Positions 19,352-29,304 of a DNA stretch of 64,000 nucleotides are shown piece by piece. The DNA comes from Candidatus Omnitrophota bacterium (GTDB lineage Bacteria > Omnitrophota > Gorgyraeia > Duberdicusellales > 4484-171). Numbering within the stretch: the first letter of the stretch is position 1; the number at the start of each line of letters is the position of its first letter. The stretch spans positions 934 through 64,933 of the forward strand of contig JAWOBO010000062.1 in assembly GCA_046484225.1 (NCBI GenBank), written 5' to 3'. The position numbers and the translations under genes were made by a program. The notes beneath the pieces were generated by a model. The model was not told where the DNA came from and did no database searches. It saw only the letters and a program-made list of their open reading frames with translations.

Positions 19352-20002
19352 TTAGTCTAATAATGCTTTTCTGTCTTTTAGTTTTTTTTTTACTTGTTCA
19401 AATACTTCTTCTTTTTTCTTATCTCCATCAACAGAGATAAAAATACCTTTTTGTTTATAAAAATCAAAGATTCCTCTACTGTTTTCTAAGAATACATTCC
19501 ATCTCTTTTTGATAACATCCGGCTTATCATCATCTCTTTGTATCAGCTCTGAACCACAATCATCACAAATATTATCTTTTTCAGGAGGCATAGTATCAAG
19601 ATGATAGTTAACTCCACATTTTTTGCATACCCTTCTTTTGCTAAGCCTATCTACGATAGTGTCTCTGCTTACATCTAAATAAATAAAAGCATCTATTGTT
19701 CTATTTTTTTCGTCTAGAATACCGTCTAAAGTTTCAGCTTGTTTTTGATTGCGAGGATACCCATCTAAAATAAAGTTATCATCTGCTAAATTAGCGTCAA
19801 TTACTTCCCGCACAGTATCATTAGGAACAAGCTCGCCTTTATCCATGTATTGTTTAACTTTAACTCCTAAATCAGAACCTTTTTTAACCTCTTGACGCAA
19901 AATATCTCCTAAAGATATCTTTTTTAAATTAAGCTCATTAGCTAACATATCTGCTTGTGTGCCTTTACCTGAACCAGGTGCCCCAAAAAGAATTAATCTC
20001 AT
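19352..20002 (-). CDS. adk: Adenylate kinase (zinc-lid type)
   Basis: GAPGSGKGTQ P-loop; CxxC...CxxC lid (CKKCG...CDDCG). Confidence 0.9.
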   Translation of the reverse strand: MRLILFGAPGSGKGTQADMLANELNLKKISLGDILRQEVKKGSDLGVKVKQYMDKGELVPNDTVREVIDANLADDNFILDGYPRNQKQAETLDGILDEKNRTIDAFIYLDVSRDTIVDRLSKRRVCKKCGVNYHLDTMPPEKDNICDDCGSELIQRDDDKPDVIKKRWNVFLENSRGIFDFYKQKGIFISVDGDKKKEEVFEQVKKKLKDRKALLD

Positions 20003-21354
20003 CTTCTCCCCTTTAGTGGACTCCCTTTTATAAAACCACCGTAATGACGGGTCATAAGTTGTCCTTCAATTTGCTTCATTGTATCAAGTATAACCGCTAC
20101 CATAATTAAAAGAGTTGTACCTCCAAAAAGTGAAGCTAATTGATAAGAAGGTACTCGAAAAATTTCCATGATAATATTAGGAAAAATTGCAATAATACTA
20201 ATATATATAGCCCCAACAAAAACAATACGAGTTGCAACATAGTCAAGATAATTAGCCGTGGGCCGTCCGGGCCTTACTCCGGGCACAAAACCACCATATC
20301 GCTTAAGATTATTTGCTATCTCTAAAGGATGAAAGACCATAGCCGTATAAAAATACATAAAAAATACAATGAGTCCTACTAAAATCACGTTATACCAAAG
20401 ACCTCTTTGTTGAACTATACTTTGCAAAAACTGAACAATTTTTATGTCCTTAGGCAAAAACATAGCTAAAGTTGCCGGAAACGAAATTACAGCAGATGCA
20501 AAAATAATTGCAATAACTCCTGCCATATCTATCTTTATCGGCAAATATGTACTTTGACCACCGTACATCTTGCGTCCAACTACCCTTCTCCCATATTGAA
20601 TGGGAATTCTGCGCTGAGCCTGAGTAAATAAAACTACAGCTGCGATCATAGAAACCCAAACAGCAATCAATGCAATAACAACTGGCGTCGATATCTGCTG
20701 GTTCGCCGGATCCATAGGAGACCAAAGACGCCAAAGCTGATTAACCGATGAAGGGATGCGAGACATTATACTAACAGTAATAATAATCGAGATTCCGTTA
20801 CCAATACCCCTTTCTTGAATTTGTTCCCCTAACCACATAATAAAAATAGTACCACAGGCTAAGGTAATCACCGTTGTAAAATTAAATAATAGTCCTGGTT
20901 CAGGAACAATCAAATATCCTTTAAAATTAGCAGGGTTCGAAAGCCAAAAAGATAAAAATAGACCTTGGACAAAACACAAAGCTAAGGTTAAATATCTAGT
21001 ATATTGATTGATTTTTTCATAGCCAGCCTTACCTTCTTTAGCAATTCGTTCTAAGGCAGGAACCACATTCTGCAACAACTGCATGATGATTGAAGCTGAT
21101 ATATAAGGCATCACCCCTAAGGCAAAAATACTTAACTTTGTTAAAGCTCCACCAGTAAATAAATTAAGCATTCCAAAGATAGTCTGACCTTGATTTTTAG
21201 CAACTTCTGCAAAAAATTGAGAAAGAGCAGCTGTATTTACCCCAGGAGTAGGGATAAAACATCCAGCTCGATAAACTATTAATAAAGAAAGAGTGATTAA
21301 AACCTTTTTTCTTAAATCAGGTAGTTTAAAAACATTTGCTACCGCTTTAAACAC
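19999..21354 (-). CDS. secY: Preprotein translocase subunit SecY
   Basis: 451 aa, multi-TM; canonical position after rplO. Confidence 0.9.
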   Translation of the reverse strand: MFKAVANVFKLPDLRKKVLITLSLLIVYRAGCFIPTPGVNTAALSQFFAEVAKNQGQTIFGMLNLFTGGALTKLSIFALGVMPYISASIIMQLLQNVVPALERIAKEGKAGYEKINQYTRYLTLALCFVQGLFLSFWLSNPANFKGYLIVPEPGLLFNFTTVITLACGTIFIMWLGEQIQERGIGNGISIIITVSIMSRIPSSVNQLWRLWSPMDPANQQISTPVVIALIAVWVSMIAAVVLFTQAQRRIPIQYGRRVVGRKMYGGQSTYLPIKIDMAGVIAIIFASAVISFPATLAMFLPKDIKIVQFLQSIVQQRGLWYNVILVGLIVFFMYFYTAMVFHPLEIANNLKRYGGFVPGVRPGRPTANYLDYVATRIVFVGAIYISIIAIFPNIIMEIFRVPSYQLASLFGGTTLLIMVAVILDTMKQIEGQLMTRHYGGFIKGSPLKGRR

Positions 21355-21794
21355 TCAAAGCCTCCTCCATTTGACTCAATAATTTCTTTAGCTTTTTTAG
21401 AAATTTTATCAGCCTTTATGGTTAACTTTAAATTAAATTCATTGCTTTTATTGGCTAAAATTTTAACCAATTTATTTTTATCTCTAATTAAATTAAGCTT
21501 CTCCATTGTTTCTGGAGTAAGTTCAGTGTTACCTTTGGCCCTTTCTCCAATAGTAATTAAATTGACTACTTGATATTTTTTAGCGTTCCTGGCAGTAAAA
21601 CCTCTTTTGGGAAGCTGCCTAAAGAAAGGTATATTTCCTCCAGAAAAACCAATATAAGGAGTCTTTTTTCCCTTTCTTTGGCCAGCACCTTTATGGCCTC
21701 GGCCAGAAGTTTTGCCTAATCCAGAACCTGCCCCTCTGCCACACCGTTTTGTTTTTTTATTTTTAGTTACTATTTTTATCTCTGATAGATCCAT
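21339..21794 (-). CDS. rplO: 50S ribosomal protein L15
   Basis: GRGAGSGLGKTSGRGHKG motif. Confidence 0.9.
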   Translation of the reverse strand: MDLSEIKIVTKNKKTKRCGRGAGSGLGKTSGRGHKGAGQRKGKKTPYIGFSGGNIPFFRQLPKRGFTARNAKKYQVVNLITIGERAKGNTELTPETMEKLNLIRDKNKLVKILANKSNEFNLKLTIKADKISKKAKEIIESNGGGFECLKR

Positions 21795-21799
21795 AATAA

Positions 21800-22264
21800 T
21801 TAACCCTTTAGATTCTTAAAAGCTTCAAACGTAGCTTTAACTACATTAATCGGATTTGTTGAATTACCAATATTCTTTGTGAGAATATCTTTTATTCCAG
21901 CACACTCGCAAACTGCTCGAATCGGACCACAAGCAATAACCCCTGTACCTCGCGAAGCAGATTTAAAAAGTATCCGCATCGATCCAAATTTACCAATAAC
22001 TCCATGAGGGATAGTAGTTCCCCGCTGCTTTACTTTTACTGTATCTTTCTTAGCTTTATTTATTCCTTTTCGAATAGCACTGGCAACTTCATTGGCTTTT
22101 CCTACCGCATAACCAGCTCTATCTACTCCATCGCCAACAACAACTAAAGCAGAAAAGGAAAGATTTTTACCACCTTTTGTCACTTTAGTGGTTCTATTGA
22201 TAAATAAAACCTTCTCAATAAAAGCTTTTTCTTCTTTTTTGTTTTTAACCGTTTTTTTCTGCAT
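21800..22264 (-). CDS. rpsE: 30S ribosomal protein S5 (no L30 gene between S5 and L15)
   Basis: [19 protein letters not shown]... Confidence 0.9.
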   Translation of the reverse strand: MQKKTVKNKKEEKAFIEKVLFINRTTKVTKGGKNLSFSALVVVGDGVDRAGYAVGKANEVASAIRKGINKAKKDTVKVKQRGTTIPHGVIGKFGSMRILFKSASRGTGVIACGPIRAVCECAGIKDILTKNIGNSTNPINVVKATFEAFKNLKG

Positions 22265-22617
22265 TAAAACTTTAATCCTCCTTCTCTTGCCCCATCTGCT
22301 AAATTCTTTATCCGGCCATGGAACTTATATCCACCGCGGTCAAAACAAACTGTGTTTATTTTCTTAGACTTTGCGAGTTGGGCGATAAGCTTTCCAACTT
22401 CTTTAGCAGCTTCTTTGTTTGCCGTTTTACTATTATTTTTCTTAAACTCTGCAGACAAAGTAGATACACCAGTAACTACTTTTTGATTTTTATCATTTAT
22501 CAATTGAGCATAAATATGCTTATGACTTCGAAAAACCACAAGCCGTGGCCTTTGAGCGGTTCCTTGAATCTTTTTAACTATCCGTTTATGTCTATATGCT
22601 CTAGCTTGTTTTTTCAT
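22264..22617 (-). CDS. rplR: 50S ribosomal protein L18
   Basis: 117 aa; spc-operon position. Confidence 0.85.
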   Translation of the reverse strand: MKKQARAYRHKRIVKKIQGTAQRPRLVVFRSHKHIYAQLINDKNQKVVTGVSTLSAEFKKNNSKTANKEAAKEVGKLIAQLAKSKKINTVCFDRGGYKFHGRIKNLADGAREGGLKF

Positions 22618-22624
22618 CTTTTTT

Positions 22625-22664
22625 AACCTTTATCCTTTAACCTTTAACCTTTAACCTTTATCCT
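22625..22664. repeat. Tandem heptamer repeat (CCTTTAA)n, about 5 copies, in the rplF–rplR spacer; reads (TTAAAGG)n on the mRNA strand
   Basis: acctttatcctttaacctttaacctttaacctttatcc. Confidence 0.75.
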
Positions 22665-22667
22665 TAT

Positions 22668-23207
22668 TTATTTAGCTAATGCTTTTCCAACTTTCTTTTG
22701 AACTTCTTCGCCTAAATATCTAATTCCTTTACCCTTATAAGGTTCAGGAGGATATATTTTTCGTATTTGAGCTGCAAACTGACCTACTTGCTGCTTATCG
22801 ATGCCTTCAACCGTTATCCGCGTATTAGACGGCACTGAAACCCTCAAGCCTTCTGGTACAGCAAGTTCAACTGGATGAGAAAATCCTAAATTTAGATCAA
22901 GGTTTTTTCCTTTCATCTGAGCTTTATACCCAACCCCAATAATCTCAAGTTCTTTCTTAAAACCAACAGTTACCCCTTTTATAAGATTAGCAATAATTGC
23001 TCGAGTTGTCCCATGCAAAGTTCTTGCTATCTTACTATCCTTTTCTTGTTTTACAGATAAAACATTATCTGCTAACTCTACCTGAATAAGCCTATTAAAA
23101 GAAAAACTGAGTGTGCCTTTTGGCCCTTGCACAGAAACTTCTTTTTTGCTTACTTCTACCTTTACTTCTTTAGGAACTGTTATTGGTTGTTTACCAATTC
23201 GAGACAT
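22668..23207 (-). CDS. rplF: 50S ribosomal protein L6
   Basis: 179 aa, MSRIGKQPITVP... Confidence 0.9.
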   Translation of the reverse strand: MSRIGKQPITVPKEVKVEVSKKEVSVQGPKGTLSFSFNRLIQVELADNVLSVKQEKDSKIARTLHGTTRAIIANLIKGVTVGFKKELEIIGVGYKAQMKGKNLDLNLGFSHPVELAVPEGLRVSVPSNTRITVEGIDKQQVGQFAAQIRKIYPPEPYKGKGIRYLGEEVQKKVGKALAK

Positions 23208-23227
23208 CTTTATCTCCTATTATTTTT

Positions 23228-23623
23228 CTACCAAACCATCCCGACAACTTCTCCGCCCAAACTCTCTTTTTTGGCCTGATTGCCAGTAAGAATCCCCCTC
23301 GATGTCGAAATTATTGCCAAACCATATCCACCTAAAACTGAAAGATTTTCATCCTTCTTTTTATAGATACGCCGTGACGGCCGAGAAGCTTTTTTGATTT
23401 GAGTTATTACACTTTTTTTTCCGTCATATTTAAGATATATTTTTATCTGTTTAAAATTTTTAGTTTCTGCTTCTTTAAAATTAGCAATATATTCATGTTC
23501 CTTTAATATTTCACATATTTTAGATAGACTATTGGAATAAGGTATAAAAACTTCTTGCTTTTTGACTTTTGTAGCATTTCTTATTATAGTGAATGCATCG
23601 GCGATTAAATCAGTTCTACTCAT
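23228..23623 (-). CDS. rpsH: 30S ribosomal protein S8
   Basis: 131 aa, DLIADAFTIIRNA... Confidence 0.9.
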   Translation of the reverse strand: MSRTDLIADAFTIIRNATKVKKQEVFIPYSNSLSKICEILKEHEYIANFKEAETKNFKQIKIYLKYDGKKSVITQIKKASRPSRRIYKKKDENLSVLGGYGLAIISTSRGILTGNQAKKESLGGEVVGMVW

Positions 23624-23640
23624 TTTCCTTCCTTTTTTTG

Positions 23641-23703
23641 TATTGGTTAATTAGTTAATTAGTTAATTGGTTAATTAACTACTCACCACTCACTACTCAC
23701 CAA
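23641..23703. repeat. Tandem (TTAATTRG)n followed by (ACTCACY)n in the rpsN–rpsH spacer
   Basis: tattggttaattagttaattagttaattggttaattaactactcaccactcactactcaccaa. Confidence 0.7.
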
Positions 23704-23704
23704 T

Positions 23705-23899
23705 TTACCAGCTTGCTTTCTTAACCCCTGGAATTAATCCTTGCCAGGCTAATTCCCGAAAACAAATTCGGCAAAGTTCAAAATCCCTAATATAACCCCG
23801 AGGCCTTCCACAACGCCTACATCTATTTCTATAACGGGTAGTAAACTTAGGATTTTTTTTATCTCTTAACCATTTTTGAATTTTTGATTTTTTAGCCAT
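23705..23899 (-). CDS. rpsN: 30S ribosomal protein S14 type Z (zinc-binding); start taken at the internal Met
   Basis: [10 protein letters not shown]...CRRCGRP...C..C; 61 aa from the second Met. Confidence 0.85.
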   Translation of the reverse strand: MAKKSKIQKWLRDKKNPKFTTRYRNRCRRCGRPRGYIRDFELCRICFRELAWQGLIPGVKKASW

Positions 23900-24476
23900 T
23901 CTTCCTCCTAAAAGGAAACCCAAAAGCTTCCAGCAATTCCCTGGCTTCCTTGTCAGAATCTGCTGTTGTATGTATAGAAATATTCATCCCCTGGGTTCTA
24001 GTTATATTATCTAAATTTATCTCTGGAAATATTCCCTGCTCGACTAAACCAAAATTATAATTTCCGGCTCCATCAAAAGAATTAGGCGAAAGTCCTCTAA
24101 AATCACGAATTCTCGGAATAGCCACAGTAATAAGACGATCAAAAAAGTCATACATCATAGATTTACGCAAAGTTACACAACAGCCTATGGCCACCCCCTG
24201 CCTAAGCTTAAAGTTAGAAACAGCACGACGAGCCCGACAAATTTTCGGCCGCTGGCCGGTAATAGTAGCTAACTGCTCAGAAACACTCTCGATCAACTTA
24301 GAATCAGCAGTAGCCTCTCCAACCCCCATATTAACCACAATCTTAACTAACCGTGGCACAGAATAAAAGTTAGTATGATTTTGCTTTTTCTTTAATTCAG
24401 GCGCAATCTCTTCTCTGTACACCTGAAGTAATCTGGGAATGTAATTTTTTAAATTGCTTTCTGACATTTTTTGCAA
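23892..24476 (-). CDS. rplE: 50S ribosomal protein L5
   Basis: 194 aa, spc-operon position. Confidence 0.9.
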   Translation of the reverse strand: MQKMSESNLKNYIPRLLQVYREEIAPELKKKQNHTNFYSVPRLVKIVVNMGVGEATADSKLIESVSEQLATITGQRPKICRARRAVSNFKLRQGVAIGCCVTLRKSMMYDFFDRLITVAIPRIRDFRGLSPNSFDGAGNYNFGLVEQGIFPEINLDNITRTQGMNISIHTTADSDKEARELLEAFGFPFRRKNG

Positions 24477-24763
24477 ACTCTTGTTTTAGTTTTATCTTTA
24501 GCTACTTCTATTTTAGTTTTTACACCTCTATTACAGCTAGAACAAAATAACTGTACTGACGATAGATGAAGCGGTAAAGGCACTTCTTGAAATCCACCCT
24601 GCTCTGATTCAGACTTCTTCTTTTTGTGCTTTTTAACTAAATTTGCCCCTTCAACTACCACTTTGTTTTTATCAGGGAAAAACTTTAAAACTCTTCCCTT
24701 TTTACCTTTACTCTTGCCAGAGGTAACTATTACTTTATCGCCTTTTTTAATTCTTAAACTCAT
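24449..24763 (-). CDS. rplX: 50S ribosomal protein L24 with a C-terminal C4 zinc-ribbon extension; start at the internal Met because the longer ORF runs into repeat B1
   Basis: MSLRIKKGDKVIVTSGKSKGKKG KOW motif; CSSC...CKKC. Confidence 0.85.
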   Translation of the reverse strand: MSLRIKKGDKVIVTSGKSKGKKGRVLKFFPDKNKVVVEGANLVKKHKKKKSESEQGGFQEVPLPLHLSSVQLFCSSCNRGVKTKIEVAKDKTKTRVCKKCQKAI

Positions 24764-24790
24764 ATTTTTATCCTTTTCTATACTCTCGAC

Positions 24791-24906
24791 GTCATCCTGA
24801 GGAGCGATAGCGACGAAGGATCTCAAACACTGCTTTTTGAGATTCTTCGCTCTTGACAAGAAAGCTGCCTAGACAGTAACTCTGTCAAGAGCTCAGAATG
24901 ACACCG
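24791..24906. mobile_element. Nested-palindrome dispersed repeat (MITE/REP-like), family B copy 1
   Basis: Outer inverted repeat GTCATCCTGAGG ... CTCAGAATGAC; inner CGAAGGATCTC ... GAGATTCTTCG. Related copies at 34651-34741 and 46599-46694. Confidence 0.75.
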
Positions 24907-24939
24907 GGTGTTACCGATTTTTTTAAATTCTTTCATTAG

Positions 24940-25305
24940 CTAAATGGCTTCCGGAGCTAAAGATAAAATCTTACTAAACTTACTCCGAAGTTCTCTTACT
25001 ACCGGTCCAAAAACACGAGTAGCTCTTGGATTGTTTTGTTTGTCAATAACCACACACGCATTTCGATCAAATTTAACCACTAAACCGTCTTTTCTTTTTA
25101 TGGGAAAATGTGTCCGAACTACTACAGCTCTTACTACTTCTCCTTTTTTAATCGGAGAGTTAGGAATGGCATCCTTTACGCTTCCGGTAATTACATCTCC
25201 TACCATTGCATGTTTTGTGCCTTTACGTCCCAAAACTCCTATAAAGGAAACTTTTCTCGCACCACTATTATCAGCTACATCTATCTTAGATCTTAAGGTT
25301 ATCAT
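24940..25305 (-). CDS. rplN: 50S ribosomal protein L14
   Basis: 121 aa. Confidence 0.9.
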   Translation of the reverse strand: MITLRSKIDVADNSGARKVSFIGVLGRKGTKHAMVGDVITGSVKDAIPNSPIKKGEVVRAVVVRTHFPIKRKDGLVVKFDRNACVVIDKQNNPRATRVFGPVVRELRSKFSKILSLAPEAI

Positions 25306-25547
25306 TTTAGAACCTCATAAATCCTAAATCTTTTATCTTTAGAAAATGGACGACATCCAATAATTTTTACTTTATCGCCAGCCTTAACTTTATTATCCTT
25401 ATCGTGAACTTTATATTTTTTCTTAGTCATAATAAGTTTATTATAAACGCTGTGCGGTAACCTTCTTCTGACTAAAACCACAGCCGTTTTATCCATTTTA
25501 TCTGACACAACAACACCCTCTAATATCTTACCTAGTTTTTTCGCCAC
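25302..25547 (-). CDS. rpsQ: 30S ribosomal protein S17
   Basis: 81 aa. Confidence 0.9.
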   Translation of the reverse strand: MAKKLGKILEGVVVSDKMDKTAVVLVRRRLPHSVYNKLIMTKKKYKVHDKDNKVKAGDKVKIIGCRPFSKDKRFRIYEVLK

Positions 25548-25737
25548 CTTGTCTCCTTTTTTCGCTAATTACAGTGTGCATTTGAGCTATCTCTTTTTTA
25601 ATATCTTTAAAGTGATGCGGTTTGTCTAAACCACTTCTTCTTTTAAACTGCAACTCCATAAGTTTTTTTTCGTTATCAGCAATCTTTTCTTTTATTTCTT
25701 TTTCTGAAAGCGAACGTAAATTCTTTATATCAGCCAT
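25528..25737 (-). CDS. rpmC: 50S ribosomal protein L29 (start at the internal Met)
   Basis: [19 protein letters not shown]... Confidence 0.85.
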   Translation of the reverse strand: MADIKNLRSLSEKEIKEKIADNEKKLMELQFKRRSGLDKPHHFKDIKKEIAQMHTVISEKRRQGGEKTR

Positions 25738-25744
25738 AACTATT

Positions 25745-26155
25745 TTAACCTTTCCTTGTAACAAACATTGTTTTAAAAGGAAGCTTATAAGCAACCAGCC
25801 TAAAAGATTCTCTAGCATAATCTTCAGGCACTCCCCCGATTTCGAAAATCACATTACCTCTTCTGACTACTCGAACCCAGCTTTCAACATCTCCCTTACC
25901 TTTTCCTTGGCGAGATTCAGCAGGTTTTTTCGTTATTGGTTTATCTGGAAAAACTCTAATCCAAAGTTTTCCGCCTCGACGCAAACGACGAGTAAGTACT
26001 ACTCGCGTAGTTTCAATTTGGGTATTCTTGAGCCAACCAGATTCAAGCGCTTTTATACCATATTCTCCAAAAGAAACTCTTGAACCAGCTACTGCTAATC
26101 CGCGCCGTTTCCCTCTTTGTGCTTTTCTGTATTTTACTCTTTTAGGAATAAGCAT
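25745..26155 (-). CDS. rplP: 50S ribosomal protein L16
   Basis: [19 protein letters not shown]. Confidence 0.9.
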   Translation of the reverse strand: MLIPKRVKYRKAQRGKRRGLAVAGSRVSFGEYGIKALESGWLKNTQIETTRVVLTRRLRRGGKLWIRVFPDKPITKKPAESRQGKGKGDVESWVRVVRRGNVIFEIGGVPEDYARESFRLVAYKLPFKTMFVTRKG

Positions 26156-26156
26156 A

Positions 26157-26831
26157 TTATCTCTTTGCCTCTTTATTCTTTTTGACTAAATAATCACCTA
26201 GGTGTTTTTGGCCTTTATACACCCAAACTTTTACCCCAATAGTACCATAAGTAGTTTTAGCAACTGCAAAACCGTAATCAATATCCGTCCTAAAGGTGTG
26301 AAGAGGAATTTTACCGTATTTATAGCTTTCAGATCGAGCTAACTCCACTCCGCCAAGACGACCCGAACATTGGATTTTTATTCCTTCGCCAAAGGAAGAT
26401 TGAGCTTGCTGAAGAGCTTTTTTCATTGCTCTTCTGAATTTTACTCTTTTTATCAACTGAAAAGCAATCAACTCAGCTACCAACTGTCCTTCAAGGGCTT
26501 GATCTGACACCTCTTCAACATCGATAATTATTTCTTTACCGGTTGCATCTGATAAATCTTTTTTGACTCGTTCGATATCTTGCCCGCGTCTTCCGATTAT
26601 CACGCCAGGCCGAGAAGTCCTCACCTTTATTCTTATTCCGCCTGAAGAAACTCTTTCGATATCGATAGTTGCAATTGAACCCAAAGAATAACTTTTCTTT
26701 ATCTTTTGACGAATAGCTAGATCTTCTTCAAGAAAATCAGCGTATTCACCCTTTTTAGGAGAGAACCATCTCGATTGCCAACTTTTACCAAAACCAATTC
26801 TTAAAACATAAGGGTGAACCTTTTGTCCCAT
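26157..26831 (-). CDS. rpsC: 30S ribosomal protein S3
   Basis: 224 aa, KH domain. Confidence 0.9.
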   Translation of the reverse strand: MGQKVHPYVLRIGFGKSWQSRWFSPKKGEYADFLEEDLAIRQKIKKSYSLGSIATIDIERVSSGGIRIKVRTSRPGVIIGRRGQDIERVKKDLSDATGKEIIIDVEEVSDQALEGQLVAELIAFQLIKRVKFRRAMKKALQQAQSSFGEGIKIQCSGRLGGVELARSESYKYGKIPLHTFRTDIDYGFAVAKTTYGTIGVKVWVYKGQKHLGDYLVKKNKEAKR

Positions 26832-26833
26832 AT

Positions 26834-27184
26834 TTAGTTCTCCTGCATTATTTTTTGACTAGAATCTAACTCTATTATTAAATGACTCATTCTTTTTCTA
26901 ATAACTGCAGCCCTTCCAAATGATTCGGCTCTATACCTCTTTAGAGCCGGGCCTTGATTGGCCACTAGCCTAGAAATGAACAATGAGTCTTCCTCGTAAC
27001 CTTTATTTTTAGCATCTGCTATTGCTGTCTTAATCAGCTTCTTTAGATATCTTGCAGCCTTCTTTTTGACAAACTCCAACCTGACGATAGCTTCTTTAGC
27101 ATTACTGCCTCTGACCAGTTTCATTACCGGTCTTACTTTAGTTGGAGAGATTCTAATATATTTTGCTTTTGATCTAGTTACCAT
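26834..27184 (-). CDS. rplV: 50S ribosomal protein L22
   Basis: 116 aa. Confidence 0.9.
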   Translation of the reverse strand: MVTRSKAKYIRISPTKVRPVMKLVRGSNAKEAIVRLEFVKKKAARYLKKLIKTAIADAKNKGYEEDSLFISRLVANQGPALKRYRAESFGRAAVIRKRMSHLIIELDSSQKIMQEN

Positions 27185-27195
27185 ATCAATAAATT

Positions 27196-27483
27196 TTATT
27201 TTTTCAAGATTGATTTCTTAGCCTTTATCCCACCGTGTTCTTTAAATTTTCTAGTTGGCACAAACTCACCTAAACGATGCCCAACCATACTTTCTGTAAC
27301 AAAAACAGGAACATGTTTTTTACCATCATGTACAGCAAAAGTCAAGCCAACAAATTCAGGAATGACCATAGAATCACGCGACCAAGTTTTAATAGCTTTT
27401 CTCTCTCCTGAGCTTTTAGCCCGTTCTACCTTTTTAAGTAGTTTTGCAAAAACATATGGGCCTTTTTTTAATGAACGACTCAT
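27196..27483 (-). CDS. rpsS: 30S ribosomal protein S19
   Basis: 95 aa. Confidence 0.9.
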   Translation of the reverse strand: MSRSLKKGPYVFAKLLKKVERAKSSGERKAIKTWSRDSMVIPEFVGLTFAVHDGKKHVPVFVTESMVGHRLGEFVPTRKFKEHGGIKAKKSILKK

Positions 27484-28334
27484 TTTCTAGATCTTCTCCC
27501 GCCTTTAGTTCTTCTTTTAATAATATATTTATCACTTCGTTTTTTTCTTCTTGTTTTTCCCCCCTTAGCCGGCTGCCCCCAAGGGCTAACTGGATGAGGA
27601 TTGCCTTGTCCAGCTTTTCCTTCGCCTCCACCGTGAGGATGGTCTACAGGGTTCATCGCAACACCTCTTACTTTAGGCCTTTTCCCAGCCCAACGATTCC
27701 TTCCTGCCTTGCCTTTACTGAATGAAGAATGCTCTCCCAGGCCAACCTGGCCAACAGTAACTCGGCACTGCTCTTTAATCAGCCGAACTTCACCCGAAGC
27801 AAGCCTAATTTGAGCCAACCCTTTCTCTTTAGCCATAAGTTGAGCCCAACTTCCAGCACTTCGAACCAGCACTGCACCCCGGCCGGGATTAAGTTCTATA
27901 TTGTGAACCAATGTGCCCATAGGCACATATTTTAACTTCATACTATTACCCGGCTTTATACTAGTCCTTGAATCTGAAGCACTTATAACTTTATCTTTAA
28001 CCTTCATTTTAGCCGGCCAAATAATATATCTTTTCTCTCCGTCTGAATATTTTACTAAAGCCAAACGGGCACCCCGGTTAGGATCATACTCTATAGCTAA
28101 TACCTCAGCCTCTTGATCAAACTTATCTCGTTTAAAATCAACAGCTCTATATTTGCGCTTGCATCCACCGCCTCTTCTGCGCATAGTAATTCTACCTTGG
28201 TTGTTTCTCCCCCCACTCCGCTGCAAAGATTTAGTTAATGACTTTTCCGGTTTCTTCTTTGTAATTTCTGAAAAATCAGAAGTTTTTCTAGTTCTTAATC
28301 CCGGTGATGTTGGTTTATGCTTTTTAATTCCCAT
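27480..28334 (-). CDS. rplB: 50S ribosomal protein L2
   Basis: 284 aa, GGGEGKAGQ. Confidence 0.95.
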   Translation of the reverse strand: MGIKKHKPTSPGLRTRKTSDFSEITKKKPEKSLTKSLQRSGGRNNQGRITMRRRGGGCKRKYRAVDFKRDKFDQEAEVLAIEYDPNRGARLALVKYSDGEKRYIIWPAKMKVKDKVISASDSRTSIKPGNSMKLKYVPMGTLVHNIELNPGRGAVLVRSAGSWAQLMAKEKGLAQIRLASGEVRLIKEQCRVTVGQVGLGEHSSFSKGKAGRNRWAGKRPKVRGVAMNPVDHPHGGGEGKAGQGNPHPVSPWGQPAKGGKTRRKKRSDKYIIKRRTKGGRRSRK

Positions 28335-28343
28335 TTTTTTTCC

Positions 28344-28631
28344 TTAAGTTATTTTTATCTCGTACCCTTTCTTTAAACTTACAATTGCTTTTTTCCAAGC
28401 AGAAGTTTTTCCTGGCTGATCCCATCTTATTTTTTTCGGTTTTCCCTTTACGATTTCAGTTGAAACTTTTCTTACTTTTACTTTATAAATCTTTTCTATA
28501 GCTTTACGTATTTGAATTTTATTGGCACTTTTATCAACCTCAAAACTATATTTACCTATAGCGATATCCCGATTGGACTTTTCGGTAACAAGTGGAGTCT
28601 TAACTACAGAATAAAGTGAACTTAAAGCCAT
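28344..28631 (-). CDS. rplW: 50S ribosomal protein L23 (start at the internal Met)
   Basis: MALSSLYSVVKTPLVTEKS. Confidence 0.85.
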   Translation of the reverse strand: MALSSLYSVVKTPLVTEKSNRDIAIGKYSFEVDKSANKIQIRKAIEKIYKVKVRKVSTEIVKGKPKKIRWDQPGKTSAWKKAIVSLKKGYEIKIT

Positions 28632-29299
28632 TTTTTTAACCTCTTCTGGATAATATCTAAAGAATCCTTTGTTACAACTAATCTCTGGCAATCTAAAACC
28701 CCTAAAGCATTTATATCATTTGCTTTATCTAGCTTAACTTTTTTAATATTAGCTGAAGCCTTCTTTAGGTTTTGATCAAACTCAGATACTACAAAACATG
28801 CTTTTTTATCATTAATGCCTAAATTAGAAATTATTTGATTAAACTCTTTTGTTTTCGACGATTTCATATTTAACTTATCAACTATGACTATTTGTTCATC
28901 TTTTAGCTTTGCGTTTAGGGCGCTTTTTAATGCTTGAGCTTTCATTCGAGCCGGAAATTTTTTATAGTAAGACTTATGCCTTGGGCCAAATGTAACTCCT
29001 CCACCTTTCCAAAGCGGAGACCGAATAGAACCTACTCTAGCCCTACCTGTCCCTTTTTGCCGCCAAGGTTTTTTGCCACCGCCTCTCTTTTCACCTTTTG
29101 TTTTGGCAACAGCTAATCCCCTTCTCTTATTAGATAAATAGGTATTGACTGCTTGTTGCAATAAAGCCAAAGAAACTTTTCGATCAAAAACAGTTTTATC
29201 TAAAGAAACGCTGTCTTTTGATTTGCCTGCCATGTCTATAACCTCTAAAGTTGAATCAACAGGACCAGTTTTATTTTTTGCTGTGTTTTTTGGTTTCAT
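28622..29299 (-). CDS. rplD: 50S ribosomal protein L4
   Basis: 225 aa. Confidence 0.9.
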   Translation of the reverse strand: MKPKNTAKNKTGPVDSTLEVIDMAGKSKDSVSLDKTVFDRKVSLALLQQAVNTYLSNKRRGLAVAKTKGEKRGGGKKPWRQKGTGRARVGSIRSPLWKGGGVTFGPRHKSYYKKFPARMKAQALKSALNAKLKDEQIVIVDKLNMKSSKTKEFNQIISNLGINDKKACFVVSEFDQNLKKASANIKKVKLDKANDINALGVLDCQRLVVTKDSLDIIQKRLKKWL

Positions 29300-29304
29300 T
29301 ATCT

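Noticed and set aside
6811-23703. CRISPR array call for the tandem repeats (TTAATTGG)n, (CCTTTAA)n and (ACTCACY)n
   Set aside because: Units are 7-8 bp with no spacers and no cas genes; these are simple tandem repeats.
23899-23923. Longer N-terminal extensions given by the ORF track for rpsN, rplX (to 24859), rpmC (to 25818), rplW (to 28691), rplC (to 30270, GTG) and aroK (to 8259)
   Set aside because: Each conserved N-terminus begins at an internal Met with a better Shine-Dalgarno sequence. The extensions run into upstream genes or repeat elements (rplX into repeat B1, aroK into repeat A2).
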